DNA from: Mantamonas sphyraenae STR306
Lineage: Eukaryota; Protista; CRuMs
Length of the DNA: 64,000 nucleotides
Assembly: GCA_026936335.1 (NCBI GenBank)
Contig: JAPMXV010000042.1
Span: 372,001-436,000 of the forward strand
Direction: 5' to 3'
Positions 12,701-23,367 of this stretch are shown piece by piece (within the stretch, counting starts at the first letter, position 1; the number at the start of each line of letters is the position of its first letter). Under the pieces are notes generated by a model, which worked only from the letters and a program-made list of their open reading frames with translations, was not told where the DNA came from and made no database searches. Both the position numbers and the translations under genes were made by a program.

Positions 12701-13116
12701 GCAAACTTGAAGATGATATTCTGCACGAGGAACTTCTCCCCTCCTGCCACCCCAGTCGTTTGGATGGGGCGGATGCTTTTCTCGACCACTGGGACGTTGA
12801 CCTCGCTGATGATGACTTCGCCGTACAGCTTGGCACAGTGGACAAAGTCGTTTGCAAGGCGCTTGACCTCGACGAAAGCCTCCTCCTTTTCGATTGGCCC
12901 CTGGGCTACGCTGACCCTGGCCATCACACGCTGAAACTCGTCATTCCAGTCGTGCGACGTGTCTTGGAGCAAACTCGACGACGCCTGCGATGTCAGGTCG
13001 TCCGAGCTGTCCTCAAAGTCGCTGACGTCAAGATACTCCGTCACGAGGGTGTCGAACCACTCGCCATACTCGTTTTCGTCATCCACAAACGAAAGGGACG
13101 ATGCGGCAGAGTACAT
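9799..13116 (-). CDS. Clu (clustered-mitochondria) domain protein with helical repeats and C-terminal ankyrin repeats
   Basis: Clu motifs GVAGGEKF, MKAAGHELK, PLMALVDYKGYRL, DIEGHRGTDGRFYLLDFARLMPP, LRPEFV, LSSDAFS, LHKNGINMRQLG. Ankyrin repeats TPLHLAV, GRTALTIAA, GRTAIHIAA, GQNALHIAV. First ATG at 13116; the track start at 13212 is a GTG overlapping the SRPR stop. Confidence 0.88.
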   Translation of the reverse strand: MYSAASSLSFVDDENEYGEWFDTLVTEYLDVSDFEDSSDDLTSQASSSLLQDTSHDWNDEFQRVMARVSVAQGPIEKEEAFVEVKRLANDFVHCAKLYGEVIISEVNVPVVEKSIRPIQTTGVAGGEKFLVQNIIFKFAVDDSGMYMGDENAMKAAGHELKSLVSVHGAGVEGIHVPLMALVDYKGYRLVAVSVLPLEEGSLIYGTDEAGKEDHVEHADDEEFNAMMGELGNRLNLARHTSSGVEVVGPADIEGHRGTDGRFYLLDFARLMPPQAREKHSPDSWLWHQMLRPEFVRSFDTPLSSDAFSRFQDDRTPDADVMLATKSLLHEVVPRFSQWLDQEADKGVMLGGQELTRALHKNGINMRQLGRVRACVKNESARQLLLEEMVARVAKNWVRSELREAMQESQTPKEEPLRAVVVRMLNNMLKARGTTQNELKRRLVVKFGRHALAENEVAAEWPLWSHVRVGEVIARLQQMRAIHLDWSSLTQLRRAPDSFVVVDADIGALRSRVKHMSNVDVAMGMVLAGEAERGKGGQADRVCELAKERFAASGEVSHEVEMAWARVLMRQGDLRDSVAEFEDALAKLQRIGAAANEQAACHAGMMGVFERRGDMVGAEEQRSIAQRLFSAVGDDEALSKLAHGWAGPLWPTRVRHTQLEEGMQGLRISSRIFDTLGEAVMTGAGLPARMVERAGRHTAKQIANTLRCTVLVYHEDAQGVLTQEKHLPADDASEALPGFALAALESATGGWHYLIMDTEEEAQRLLAYIKAFYGVSAAPMVNLSVMRGCGYVCVLRALLARLTGDGKEELEEDGILLSQCKRGHLEVVRFLVHDVGLVLPDQAIHAAARSGNCDLIEFVIEHGRDVDVDACEDSTGRRNTPLHLAVCAGHIDAVQLLVSLGATFSHDLLVAAAEHDRAHVLRWLMEQFDVPVDWQDMTDNESTLMHHAAMHGGAHVVEMLIEMGANVNATTSHGRTALTIAAWKSHPRIIRAVVDANGDLDIQNTWGRTAIHIAAQWGDYDTVKALLDGHPRLDLVNAEGQNALHIAVSKGAMDIVRLLLNSGADPHKRVLGTNASVLDIAREHGHARLEDLFLDLADNTTNTNPQ

Positions 13117-13208
13117 TTGTGGATGTTGAAAAAGGCCCTTTTTGTTTTGCTGTGCGATGCGCATGTGCACACGCTTCTCCTGCTGCGCACAGCCCGCTGC
13201 CCTCTCGT

Positions 13209-14177
13209 TCACGCGAGCAGTCGCTTCACCACTTCCTGCACGTTGAACTTGCGCAAGTCTCCATAGCTCTGACCAACTCCAACAAAGACAATGCTTTGGC
13301 CACAGCTTTGGGTCAGGCTGAGGGCTGCGCCGACCTTGTCGTCGATGGTGTCAAACTTGGTGAGGAGCACACCGTCGATGGCCATGCGGTCTTTGCCTCC
13401 GATGCCCTTGTCCACCAATGCCTGGTTGAACTTGGTCAACTGGTCCACTGCGTCGTTGCCCACCAGGGCCTCGCCCACAAACAAGGTCAGATCGGGCTCG
13501 TTGACTTCGATCAGTTTCGCCAGCGAGCGCATCAGCGGTTCGTTGTCCTGCATGCGGCCAGCTGTGTCGACCAGCACCACATTGGCGCCGTCCTCGGACG
13601 CCTTTTTGATGGCAAACTGGGCAATGCCGGCCGGATCCTTGCCGTATCCACTCTCGTGCAGCGGCGCTCCCAGCCGTTTGCAGTGTGTGCGCAGTTGCTC
13701 CACAGCTCCGGAACGGAAGGTGTCACACGCTGCAATGTGCACGTTCAGGCCGTTCTTCATCAGCCAGAAGCACGTCTTGGCAAGGTTTGTGGACTTGCCT
13801 ACGCCGTTCACGCCCACAAACACCACCACATATGGCCTTCCGCTCTCATTGGCCTTCTTTGTGTCCCTGAGGATGTCCACCGTGTGTTTGGGCGTCAGGA
13901 TGCGTGTCAACGACTCGCGCAAAGCCTCCTGCACGGCGCTGCTCACGCTCTGCAGCGTGCCCAGTTGCTTGCCCACCAGGTTTTCCCCCACGCTCTCACA
14001 CAGCTTGCGTGCAATGTCCGCTGCCACGTTCTTCGAGTACAGATGCGACTCGAACTGGGCCAAAACAGGCTCCAGGTCTTCCTGCGTCAGCTCTTTGCCA
14101 GCCGCAAGCGACTTGAAGTAGTCAAACCAACCACCACCGCTGCTGCTGCTGCTGCTGCTGCTATCCTCCTCCTCTGC

Positions 14178-14208
<31 letters not shown>

Positions 14209-15596
14209 TTGCCCACGTTGACCACGTCGTCAAAGCCCATGTCCGGCCATTCCTCTTCGTCGTCTTCGCCGAGCTGCGCGGTGCGTTTCTTGGCCGCATC
14301 CAACATCCGCTGCGTCCTTTCGATTTCTTCTGCCTCCTCTGCATCCAGGCCCGAGCGGTCCTTGCCCGACGCGTCGCTCATGTCCAACGCCTCCATGTCC
14401 TTCTGCGTCACCTTGCCCGTGCCCCAAGTGCGCTTTTGTTTCTTTGGACTTGCTTGGTCCTCCGACGAACTGCCTCCTGTCGACAGGTCTCCAAACAGCA
14501 GCGATCCTTTCTTGCCCTTGCCTCCGCCGCGTCCTCCCTTGCTTTTGTTCTTTCGTGCGCGCAACTTTGCCAATTTCGCAGCCTTGATCTCTTCCGCCGT
14601 CAGCTCCCGTCCTTCCTCGTCGTCCTCGTCGTCTTCCTCGCCCTCGGCGTCCTCGTCCTCCTCGGCGTCCTGTTCACTGGTCCCTTCGCTGGCCATGGAC
14701 TGTTCCGCATCTTCGCTCTCCTCGTCCTCTGTGCCCTTGCCGCGTCCTCCGCCCAGCTTGGCAGCAGCCCCGGCGAGGAGACCCCTTGGCCGCTGTCCTC
14801 CGACTCGTCCTTGCTGCTGCTGCCCTTTGTCTTGCCCTTCACTTTCTTGCCCTTCTTTGTCTCTGCAAACGAGCGCATCTTGGGCTTGGCTTTCTTCTTG
14901 CGGGCTGCCTCCTCCTGCGCCGCCAGCAGCGTCTGAAAGCGCGAATTGTAGTCGTACTCACGCTGCGCCTTGGTGTTGCCCTTCTTCAGACCATACTTCT
15001 TTACAAAGTCTGTTTTCATCTCTGCCAACAGCGCCTCCACGTACGTCAGGTTCAGTGTGCGGTTGTACACCGCCTGGTGCCCGTGTGCGTGTGTAATGTG
15101 TGATTTCCGGTGTCAGCAAAGGGCCGTCTTTGCCGGAAATGCTTGCCACGTCGACGCCCCCCTAATCACCGTCTTGCTTCCATCTGCCACTCACCACAAA
15201 CACCAGACCGACGTCGTTGGCCAGTGCCCACTTCACCGTAAACTTGTCTGCGTCGTATGACTTGCTATCCGCTCGTTCCTGCGTCCGGGGAATGAGTTGT
15301 CAGCTGCTTGGGCCGTATTCCCCGCGTACCCTCGCTCTCTCCGCCTCCATCCTCAGTCCGCTGTGCTCTCGTTGCCCCACCACACAAGATGGATTTGGCC
15401 ACTCGTCGGCAGCGAGTCGACACGCCCATCCCACCCCCTCTCCCCTCCTCCCATTGTATGTTCACGGGACACTCACCTCGAGCAGGACTTTCGCCACAAG
15501 TTCGTCCACGGGCTTGCTCTTGAGGTTGGCAAAGCTGTCCTGGTAGTGCCACAGCACCAGGCCACCACGGGAAAACACGGCACAATAGTCGAGCAT
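13209..15596 (-). CDS. SRPRA: Signal recognition particle receptor alpha subunit
   Basis: Exons 15596-15477, 15278-15195, 15073-13209. N-terminus MLDYCAVFSRGGLVLW (longin/SRX domain). GTPase motifs GVNGVGKSTNLAK, DTFRSGAVEQL, DTAGRMQDN, TKFDTIDDKVG. One-base frameshift at about 14790. Confidence 0.96.
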
Positions 15597-15652
15597 TCGC
15601 GGATTTTGCGTGGGCGGGCTGGCGAAGCGAAGCGCTGGTTTGGCCACAGCCC

Positions 15653-15729
15653 ATGTCGTCTTCCTCGTCATCCTCCTCCTCCTCCTCCTCCAAGAATCTG
15701 AACGAAGACAAGGTGTATGTTGAGACCAT

Positions 15730-15768
<39 letters not shown>

Positions 15769-17355
15769 GGACTGTGAATCGGCGGTGCTGCCACCCCAGG
15801 CACACATGTGTGTCTGGACCCCAGCTGACAAACACGCACTCCCGGCCTCCCACAGCACCACTTGGGACCTGGACAAGCGCGAAGAGTTTCGTTTTGAAGT
15901 GGATGAAGGGGATTTGGTGCATTTGACCCTTGTGGATGGCACAGCAGAGATCCTGGGCACGGAACTCGCCAAAGATCGCACGTACTCGTTTTCCGGCGTC
16001 AAGCTGCCCTTGTTCTCCTGGCACGGCTGCCAGGTGAAAACCGTTGGCAACCTGGCCATTGGCTACGTGGCCAAGGATACCCCCATGACCAAATACATGA
16101 ACATCCACGGCGTCCTGGAAAAGCGCCGCAAGGCCGCCGAGAGCCAGAAGGCGCGCGGCCCGCGCGTACGTTGTCACCGCCTGCCTCATCCCATAGCGCG
16201 CTCCCACCCCTCCAAACAACCCTGCTCCGCCACCACCGAATTCGGTCCTCACACCAGTGTGTGTGATGCGTGTCCATGCGTGTGCATGCGCTCCGTATCC
16301 CCCCCCTTTTTGTCCCTCGCGTGCTCACAGGTGATGGTGGTTGGACCCAAGGATGTGGGCAAGTCGTCCTTGGCCACGCTCTTGCTCAACTATGCCGTGC
16401 GTGAGACGCGTGCGCCCGTGCTGGTGGACTTGGACGTTGCCCAGAACCAGATCAGTGTGCCCGGGGTCCTCGCCGCCGTGCCAGTCACCATGCCCATCGA
16501 CTTGGAGGAACACCTGTCCGGCAGCGCACCCCTTGCGTACTTCTACGGTCACACCGACGCCAGCAAGAACACAGAGCACTTTAAAACCCTGTTGGGCCTC
16601 CTGGTGGACTCACTCAACACACGTGAAGAGTCTGAAGACGAGGCGCGGTCCGCAGGCATGATCATCAACACCGGCGGCTGGGTCGACGGCAAGGGCTACC
16701 AGCTGCTCCTGGATTGCATCGAGATGGTACGTGAGCCCTCTGACAGCGTACAAGGGACATGTCCCGTGGCATACTGACACACGCCTGCACACACTCACTG
16801 GCAACACCTGCACAGATGCAAGCAGACGTCATCCTGTGCTTGGGGTTGGACAGGCTGTACTACGAACTGCAGAACGACATGGAGGAGCTGGAACGCAGCG
16901 TGGACGTGGTCAACGTGACAAAAAGTGGCGGCGTGGTGTCGCGCAACTCGAGCTTCCGTATGAACGAACGGATGCGCAGGATCCGCCTGTACTTCCATGG
17001 CTTCCAGAACGAGCTGTGCCCCGTCACCAAAGTGCTCAAGGCGTCCGACTTTCAGATTGTGCGCGTGGGTGGTGGTCCCATGGCGCCGTCGTCTGCCTTG
17101 CCCATTGGAGCGCAGTCGAAGCAGGACCCGATGCAGCTCACCACAGTGCGCGTCTCCTACGACCTGGTCAACACCGTCTTGGCCGTCTCCTACGCCGACG
17201 ACAAGGACAAGGTGTTGGAAACCAACGTGGCCGGTTTTATTTTTGTGCAAAGTGTCGATGTCGACCGTGGCCTGCTCACCGTGCTCATGCCCACGGGTGG
17301 CAAGCTGCCGTCCAATGTGCTCCTTCACGGCACCATCAAGTGGATGGAACAATAG
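15653..17355 (+). CDS. CLP1: CLP1 polynucleotide 5'-kinase / mRNA 3'-end processing factor
   Basis: Exons 15653-15714, 15856-16165, 16331-16726, 16816-17355. Motifs GTAEILGTEL, FSWHGC, GPKDVGKSS (Walker A), DLDVAQ, IINTGGW, KSGGVV, APSSALPIG, TNVAGF. Confidence 0.96.
15732..15767. repeat. (GT)18 microsatellite in CLP1 intron 1
   Basis: Directly visible dinucleotide run. Confidence 0.95.
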
Positions 17356-17421
17356 AGCTTGCTGTTGTGTATGTTGTGTGAATCCAGCCAAGCCAGTGAA
17401 CAGTCTTTTTCTTGCCCGGGG

Positions 17422-17883
17422 TCATTTGTCGAGGGCCTGATCTCTGCGAACGCCTTCGTCTTCATCCACCAAACGCGAACGCTGTCCCGCGCCGGTGCTT
17501 GTCTCTGCTGGCGCGGGCACATACTCAATGTAATCGTCCACCACACGAAACTCGGAGGTGTTCTCCAGGAACGAGTCCATGTACCACGTATACTCCTCGT
17601 CCGTAAGGAAGGGCAGTGCCGCCATGATCTCCTTCTTGGCTTTTGTGAGTGGCAGCCGACCGCGCTCCACGCAGTTCTCCGACAGCAGTTCATCTGTGCA
17701 TGCACAAGAAACGGGGAGATGTGTGAGCAAGTGCGTACGTGCGACGTGATGAGCGTGCACACTCCCTCCACAACGCGCTTGGCGACACAACGGGAAACAG
17801 GGCAGCTGAGGTGACACGAGGGGGAGCGGCGCAAAGAAACACATACAAATGACACGGGACTCGGAATTGAAGAGCTGGGACAT
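17422..17883 (-). CDS. Small hypothetical protein (about 102 aa)
   Basis: ATG 17883; intron 17846-17694 (GTATGT...CTCAC...TGCACAG). Spliced product MSQLFNSESRVIYELLSENCVERGRLPLTKAKKEIMAALPFLTDEEYTWYMDSFLENTSEFRVVDDYIEY... No family recognised. Confidence 0.65.
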   Translation of the reverse strand: MSQLFNSESRVICMCFFAPLPLVSPQLPCFPLCRQARCGGSVHAHHVARTHLLTHLPVSCACTDELLSENCVERGRLPLTKAKKEIMAALPFLTDEEYTWYMDSFLENTSEFRVVDDYIEYVPAPAETSTGAGQRSRLVDEDEGVRRDQALDK

Positions 17884-17989
17884 GTGCAGGATGGTGAGTG
17901 GACAGATGCAGGTGCGGTTGTGCGTCCTGTGTTTTCTGCTGGTGCGCGCCGCGCACGCGGGGGCACCCCAATCTCCAGAAGCCGATAGG

Positions 17990-18994
17990 ATGCAGAGCAA
18001 CGCGTTTGTAATCAACCCGACCGCCAAGCACACGGCCACTGTGTTTTTCCTGCACGGTCTGGGCGACAGCGGGGCGGGCTGGTGCCAGGCGTTCCAGATG
18101 TTGTCCAGCAGGGTACCCCACATCAAGTTTGTCTGCCCCAACGCACCCTCACGTCCGGTAACCATCAACTACGGCGTCAGCATGCCTGCCTGGTTCGACG
18201 TGTTTGGTCTGGGCGAGGACAGCCAGGAAGACGAGGACGGCATTGTCAGCACACATTCCGACGTCCTGGACATGCTGGAGAACGAAATCACGGAAAACGG
18301 CATCCCTTCCGAGCGTATCATCCTGGGTGGTTTCTCTCAGGGTGGAGCCCAGGCGCTGTACTCTTCCCTGCGCTACGGCAAGACGCTGGCGGGTGTGATC
18401 GCAATGAGCACGGTACGTCGCACCATCCATTCTTTCCTTTTCTTTCCTTTTTGCCGCTGCTGGCGTGTTGACAGACAGAGGTTGCATTCACACGACACCA
18501 ATGGTGTCGACAGAGTGTGTGTTTGTCCCCCAATGTGGCGCGGAGGACTTACACGGCGTGTGTGTTGCGTGCAGTGGGTGCCGCTGCGCGAAAAGGTGGT
18601 GGAAGAGGCCTCAGAAGAAAACAAGAACACGCCGTTCCTGCACATGCACGGCGAAGTGGACATGGTGGTGGAGATGCAATACGGAGCTGCGTCTGCCATG
18701 ATGCTGGAGAGCATTGGATACAACGTGTCGTGGCACCAGTTCAACGGCTTGGGCCATGCTGCAGACCCGCGTGGCCTCAGCGTTGCCCTGGAGTTTCTGA
18801 ACACAAACCTGCCTCAGGACTACGAGATCAAGGCCAGCGATAGCAACGACAAGGAAGACGGAGAAACGGCCGAGGCGGAGAAGGTCAAGGAGACGGAACA
18901 GGTTCAGGCTCAGATCGACGAGGAGGTGGTGATTGAGTCAGAAGCGCAAGCCACCAACAACACGAACGAGGAGGAGGAGGAGAGCAAGCAGTGA
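17990..18994 (+). CDS. LYPLA1: Acyl-protein thioesterase / lysophospholipase (alpha/beta hydrolase) with acidic tail
   Basis: FLHGLGDSG, CPNAP, MPAWFD, GFSQGG (Ser), HGEVD (Asp), GLGH (His). Intron 18413-18574. Start may be 17906 (see findings). Confidence 0.92.
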   Translation: MQSNAFVINPTAKHTATVFFLHGLGDSGAGWCQAFQMLSSRVPHIKFVCPNAPSRPVTINYGVSMPAWFDVFGLGEDSQEDEDGIVSTHSDVLDMLENEITENGIPSERIILGGFSQGGAQALYSSLRYGKTLAGVIAMSTVRRTIHSFLFFPFCRCWRVDRQRLHSHDTNGVDRVCVCPPMWRGGLTRRVCCVQWVPLREKVVEEASEENKNTPFLHMHGEVDMVVEMQYGAASAMMLESIGYNVSWHQFNGLGHAADPRGLSVALEFLNTNLPQDYEIKASDSNDKEDGETAEAEKVKETEQVQAQIDEEVVIESEAQATNNTNEEEEESKQ

Positions 18995-19079
18995 TGGTGA
19001 AAGGCAGGACAGAGGAAAATGTGAGAGAAAGAGAGGATTCAATGCAATGCACGTTTGCGCCAGGTGGCCAACCAGAAGA

Positions 19080-21632
19080 ATGAGCAGCAACTGGGAGGAT
19101 TGCACCGAAGCAATGCGTGCAGCCACGCAGAGTGAGTGACATGACACAACGTGCCAGCAACAAGTGTGTCAAAGGGGGGAAGGGGGGATGGCAGACGGCA
19201 CACACGGCTGACACACGGACCATTGCACTAAAAAAAGAGCTCGAGCGGGGCGAGCTTGCGTTCAGTCCGTCCAAGACGCTGTCCCATGTGCTCAATCGCA
19301 GCCTGTATGCCCTCGAGGTAGGCCATGTCCATGTCCCCGGATCCATTCTACTGTCTCTCGACGGTTCCCCCGCGCCTTTTGCACTTTACTTGTCCATTCG
19401 ACAGCCATTGGCTGACACACGTGTCGCGCAGATCATGGACCCGAAAATGGACACCGGTGTTCCGCGAACGCTGCAGCAGCGCAGCGACGAGTCGGACGCC
19501 GAGTTTGCCATCCGTCAGGCCCAACAGCAGGTGTATGTATACGCAGAGGCCAAAGAGGCAGGTATGGTGCCGTCGGGAAAGGTGGCCAACGCCGACTTGC
19601 TTGCGTTGTTTGACGAGCTGCTGATCCAAGAGTGGCGTTTCTACGAGGGCGCGTCCTTGGCCGAATCTGTGTTTACCTGTGCTGCACTGCAGCGTGTGGA
19701 AGACATTGACAACAGCTGGCTGTACGCGTACGCACGTGGACTGCTGAAAACGGTGGGTGTGGTTCGCATGCTGGCCATGCGCACCTCCCTGCACGGCGAG
19801 GAAGACCTGGTCACCAATCTGTTCAGCTTCAGTGTGCTCGACGACGTCGACGAACACGTCGTCGTCTCCGAACTCACCGAGGCCGAGCTGTCGATTGAGG
19901 AGCAGCTGCGAAGCGCTCGTGGCACTGACGGCGTCCCCCAGGCGTCTGTCGATTTGCTCAATGGCCTCCTGGCACGGATGCGTCTGCGCAAGGCTATGCT
20001 AAACATCCACATGGGCCTGGACGGGGCCACGGGCAAGGGGGTTGGTGTGTTGCGCAAAGCGTTGCCTTTGGCACGCACCCAGTTGGCCATCATGTTGGAA
20101 ACGGTGCCTCTGGGCAGTGAGTATGTGCCGTGGATGTTGAGTGACATCAATCGGCACATGCTGGTGCCCAACCCTCCTCCGGTGCTTGCGGAGGACCTGT
20201 TTACGCGTGCCACTGTGCTGGAACGCGTGGAACAGTGTCTGCTGGGCCTGGACAACCTCCTGCCCATGTCCCAACTCACCTCTTGGGACGCCATTGTACA
20301 GTTTGTGCGCGATTTTGGTCGCACGCACACCTGCTTTGTGGCACGCGCACGCTGTGCGTCGATGCTGTGGAGCCAGGCCAGGGTCCTGGGCAAGCACGAG
20401 CTGCCCGTCCTGCTCAAGCAGCACATGGACGCACACCACTTTCACCCGCGATTGCAAAGCCACGAGGCTGTGGACAAGCTGCTGCCTCGCGCGGGCAAGT
20501 TTCTCATGCGCTACCTCAAGACGGCGTTGATGCACCCAGGCCGAGCGCACGACCGCATGCACACCATCATGATCAACCTCGACGTGGTGGTGTCGGAAGC
20601 CATGGTGGTGGACGACCAGGTCGTGGCTGACGAAATCGATGAACGTGTGTCTGCGTTGGGTCCCGAGGCTGTTGTATCCGAGGACGACAAGCAAATGCTG
20701 GGCATGCAGCTGTTCCCACGCATGATGAGTCCCTGGCTGAAAACTTTTCTCCTCGAGGCCATGATTGACTACCTGCGGCTGGGACTGCATTTGCGTCTCC
20801 TCGACGTCGACGACTACACCTACACCTACTGGTATCTGGACTATGTGCTGATCACACGCATCAACATCGACGATGACCTGCGCAAGGCGCGGTGGGCAGA
20901 GTACGAAGCCCGTCAGGCTGCTCTGGACATGGCTCAGGAAGACGAGAGCGCAGGGAGCAGTAGCGGCAGCAGCAACAGCAGCGGAGGCGGCGGCAAAGGC
21001 GGCAAAGGCGGCAAGAAGGGCAAAAAGGGCAAAAAGCTGAAGGCCGGCAAGGGCAAAGCATCCAAAGGTGGCAAGGGAAAGGCCGCGAGGAGCAAACGAA
21101 CCGTTCTGCCAGCGCCTCCGGCCGCAGATGCAGACGTCGTGGATGTATCCAGCGCAGAAGTGTGCCTGTTGCGTGTGCAGCGCGAGCTGTGTCGCACTCT
21201 CTTCACCATGGGCTCGGTGTGCGAAACTCTTGGCCTGTTGGATGTACCCGAGCATGCGTTCAGCACCACGGGTCTGCGTTCACCACCCGATTCGCGGCCT
21301 TTGCCGACCTGACCACAGTGGACATGCTGACGCACAACAGCTACCTCATGTGCACACAGAACGAAATGGAGCTGGGCATGGCCTTGCAGCTCACCGGGGT
21401 GGCCATCAAGTATGTGGCCGACGCTGTCAACATGCTGAAACGCACGCACGCCAAACACGCAGACGCTCTCTCTGCCTGTATGCTCAAGGATATCGACGAC
21501 ATGACCGCTCTCTGCTACTCTCTCGACGAGTCTTTGCACGCCCTGAGCCAGGCCCGCATGCAACTCGGCGTCCAAATGGACTTTGCCCTCCACGACACCC
21601 TGGTGGCCATTCAAGTGAAGAGCGCAGAATGA
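19080..21632 (+). CDS. NAA35: NatC auxiliary subunit NAA35/Mak10
   Basis: Exons 19080-19131, 19238-19317, 19432-21632. Motifs WEDCT...LERGEL, ALE|IMDPKMDTG, EWRFYEGASLAESVFTC, EEDL, LGLHLRLL..DDYTYTYWYL, RF..RFAAF. One-base frameshift at 21279-21280. Confidence 0.9.
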
Positions 21633-21808
21633 AGACCGCCCAGAAAATCACAAGCCATGATTGTTTCCATCACTGCCTTTTTGGTTTCATCCGACTGATG
21701 GCCAGGGTTCATTGTCCCTCAACCGCCGCTTTCCCCGCTTTCATCCTTCGCCGTCAGCGATGCAGCAGTTTGCTCCTCTCACTCACACTCTCTTGTCAAT
21801 TGTTGACG

Positions 21809-23025
21809 TCAATCCTTTTCGCGCTCGTTGAGAAAGTTGATGTAGTCCTCGTAAACAAGCGGCGTCTGTTCCTCGTTGATTGCTTGGCCTCGGAATCGGC
21901 CGTCCGCTACGTACAGGATCCGGTCGGCGTAACATTCCAGATCTGGATTGTGCGTCACCATGACACAGGTTGTGCCGTGTTCCCGATTGATATCCAGAAT
22001 GAGGTTCATGACATCCACGGTGTTTTTCGTGTCCAGATCGCCGGTGGGCTCATCCAGCAACAGCAGCTCCGGCTCGTTGGCCAGGGCACGCGCAATTGTC
22101 ACGCGCTGCTGTTCACCCCCCGACATTTCCGAAGGAAGGTGGTTGACTCGATCGCGCAGACCGACCACTGTGAGAGTGTGTGTCAGCGTGTGTCAGCGTG
22201 TGTCAGTGTACCAGCGATACCCGACCTGCTTTCTCCCGCGGCTGCTCGCTACGTACATCCAAGCAGGCCCAGAGCTCGCTTGCGGCGTTCCTCCTCGTTG
22301 AGTTTGCCCAGGATGATCATGGGCAGCTCCACGTTTTCGAATGCGCTCATTGTGGCGAGCAGGTTGAATGTCTGGAACACGAAGCCGATCTTCGACAGCC
22401 GCAGGTGTGACAGGAAGTTGTCCTCGCTCTCCGGACCGATGGTCTCCCCCAAGATTTCTGCAAACACGCACGTGGGTGTCAGCGACGACCAAGTGCGGGG
22501 GTAGAGGGGGGGTGCCAGGGGTGTGCAAAGCCGAAAGTGCCCGGCGCCTCGTACCAATCGTTCCCTTGGAACACAGGTCGATAGTGCCCAGCATGTTCAG
22601 CAGGGTCGTTTTCCCTCCTCCGCTGGGGCCCAGAATGGCTACAAACTCTCCCCTGTATGTGCACTGTGTTAGCGCCCCGTGTCTGCGTGTCTGTGTGTCT
22701 GGGTGTTCCGTTTTCCCACTGCCTCGCCTCACCTTCGAATCGGAAAGAACTCCCCGTCCTCGTTCAGGTTGATCTCCTTTAGCGCCACAACCGCCTCCTC
22801 GCGGCCCTCAATGTTGTACTCTGCGCATTGGTTGTCCGTCCAACAGGCTCGTGTTAGTGGTTGTGCCCCACGAACCCAGCCGGAGCGCGATGTTCCACCA
22901 CGCACTCCCCAAGCTTCCCTACCCTTCTGTACGCCGTCCACCACCACCACAGGCTCTCCAAACATCTTGGAGCGCTCCTCCATGACCCCAGGATATGCCA
23001 CCTTGTGCACCGACGAAGAGGACAT
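21809..23025 (-). CDS. Stand-alone ABC ATPase of LolD/MacB/FtsE type (protist 'ABCH'-like), no membrane domain
   Basis: Exons 23025-22923, 22820-22733, 22652-22555, 22457-22257, 22167-21809. GPSGGGKTT, IGFVFQTFNLL, ENVELP, MSGGEQQRVTIARAL, LLLLDEPTGDLD, VTHN. Confidence 0.92.
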
Positions 23026-23367
23026 CGCGGAATTTCTGCCTGCCACTGCGCCGCCAAACAAAAAAGTCCACGTATGTGTGCACATCCCACCCCACACCCC
23101 ACGCCCCACACCCCCACACAGCGTCCATGTACCATCCCTGCACGGAAACAGAGCTCCAGTGCTGTGATCAGGATTTCGCGCGGCACAGCGGCTGGCCGGC
23201 GTCCGATTTCCAGCCTTCTGGTGCTGTCGATTTCGTCGAAACGGGTCGCGCCGCTGCCGCGCGTAACACGCCAAACAGGAATGTAGGGACGCGCATAATC
23301 AGTGGAAACGACTGACACTGCAATTGGCCACTCGTGTGTGTTGTGTTTGTGTCCCCACCACAGTGGA

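Noticed and set aside
21809-23025. Bacterial contamination or recent HGT for the LolD-like ATPase
   Set aside because: It has four canonical spliceosomal introns and host-like composition.
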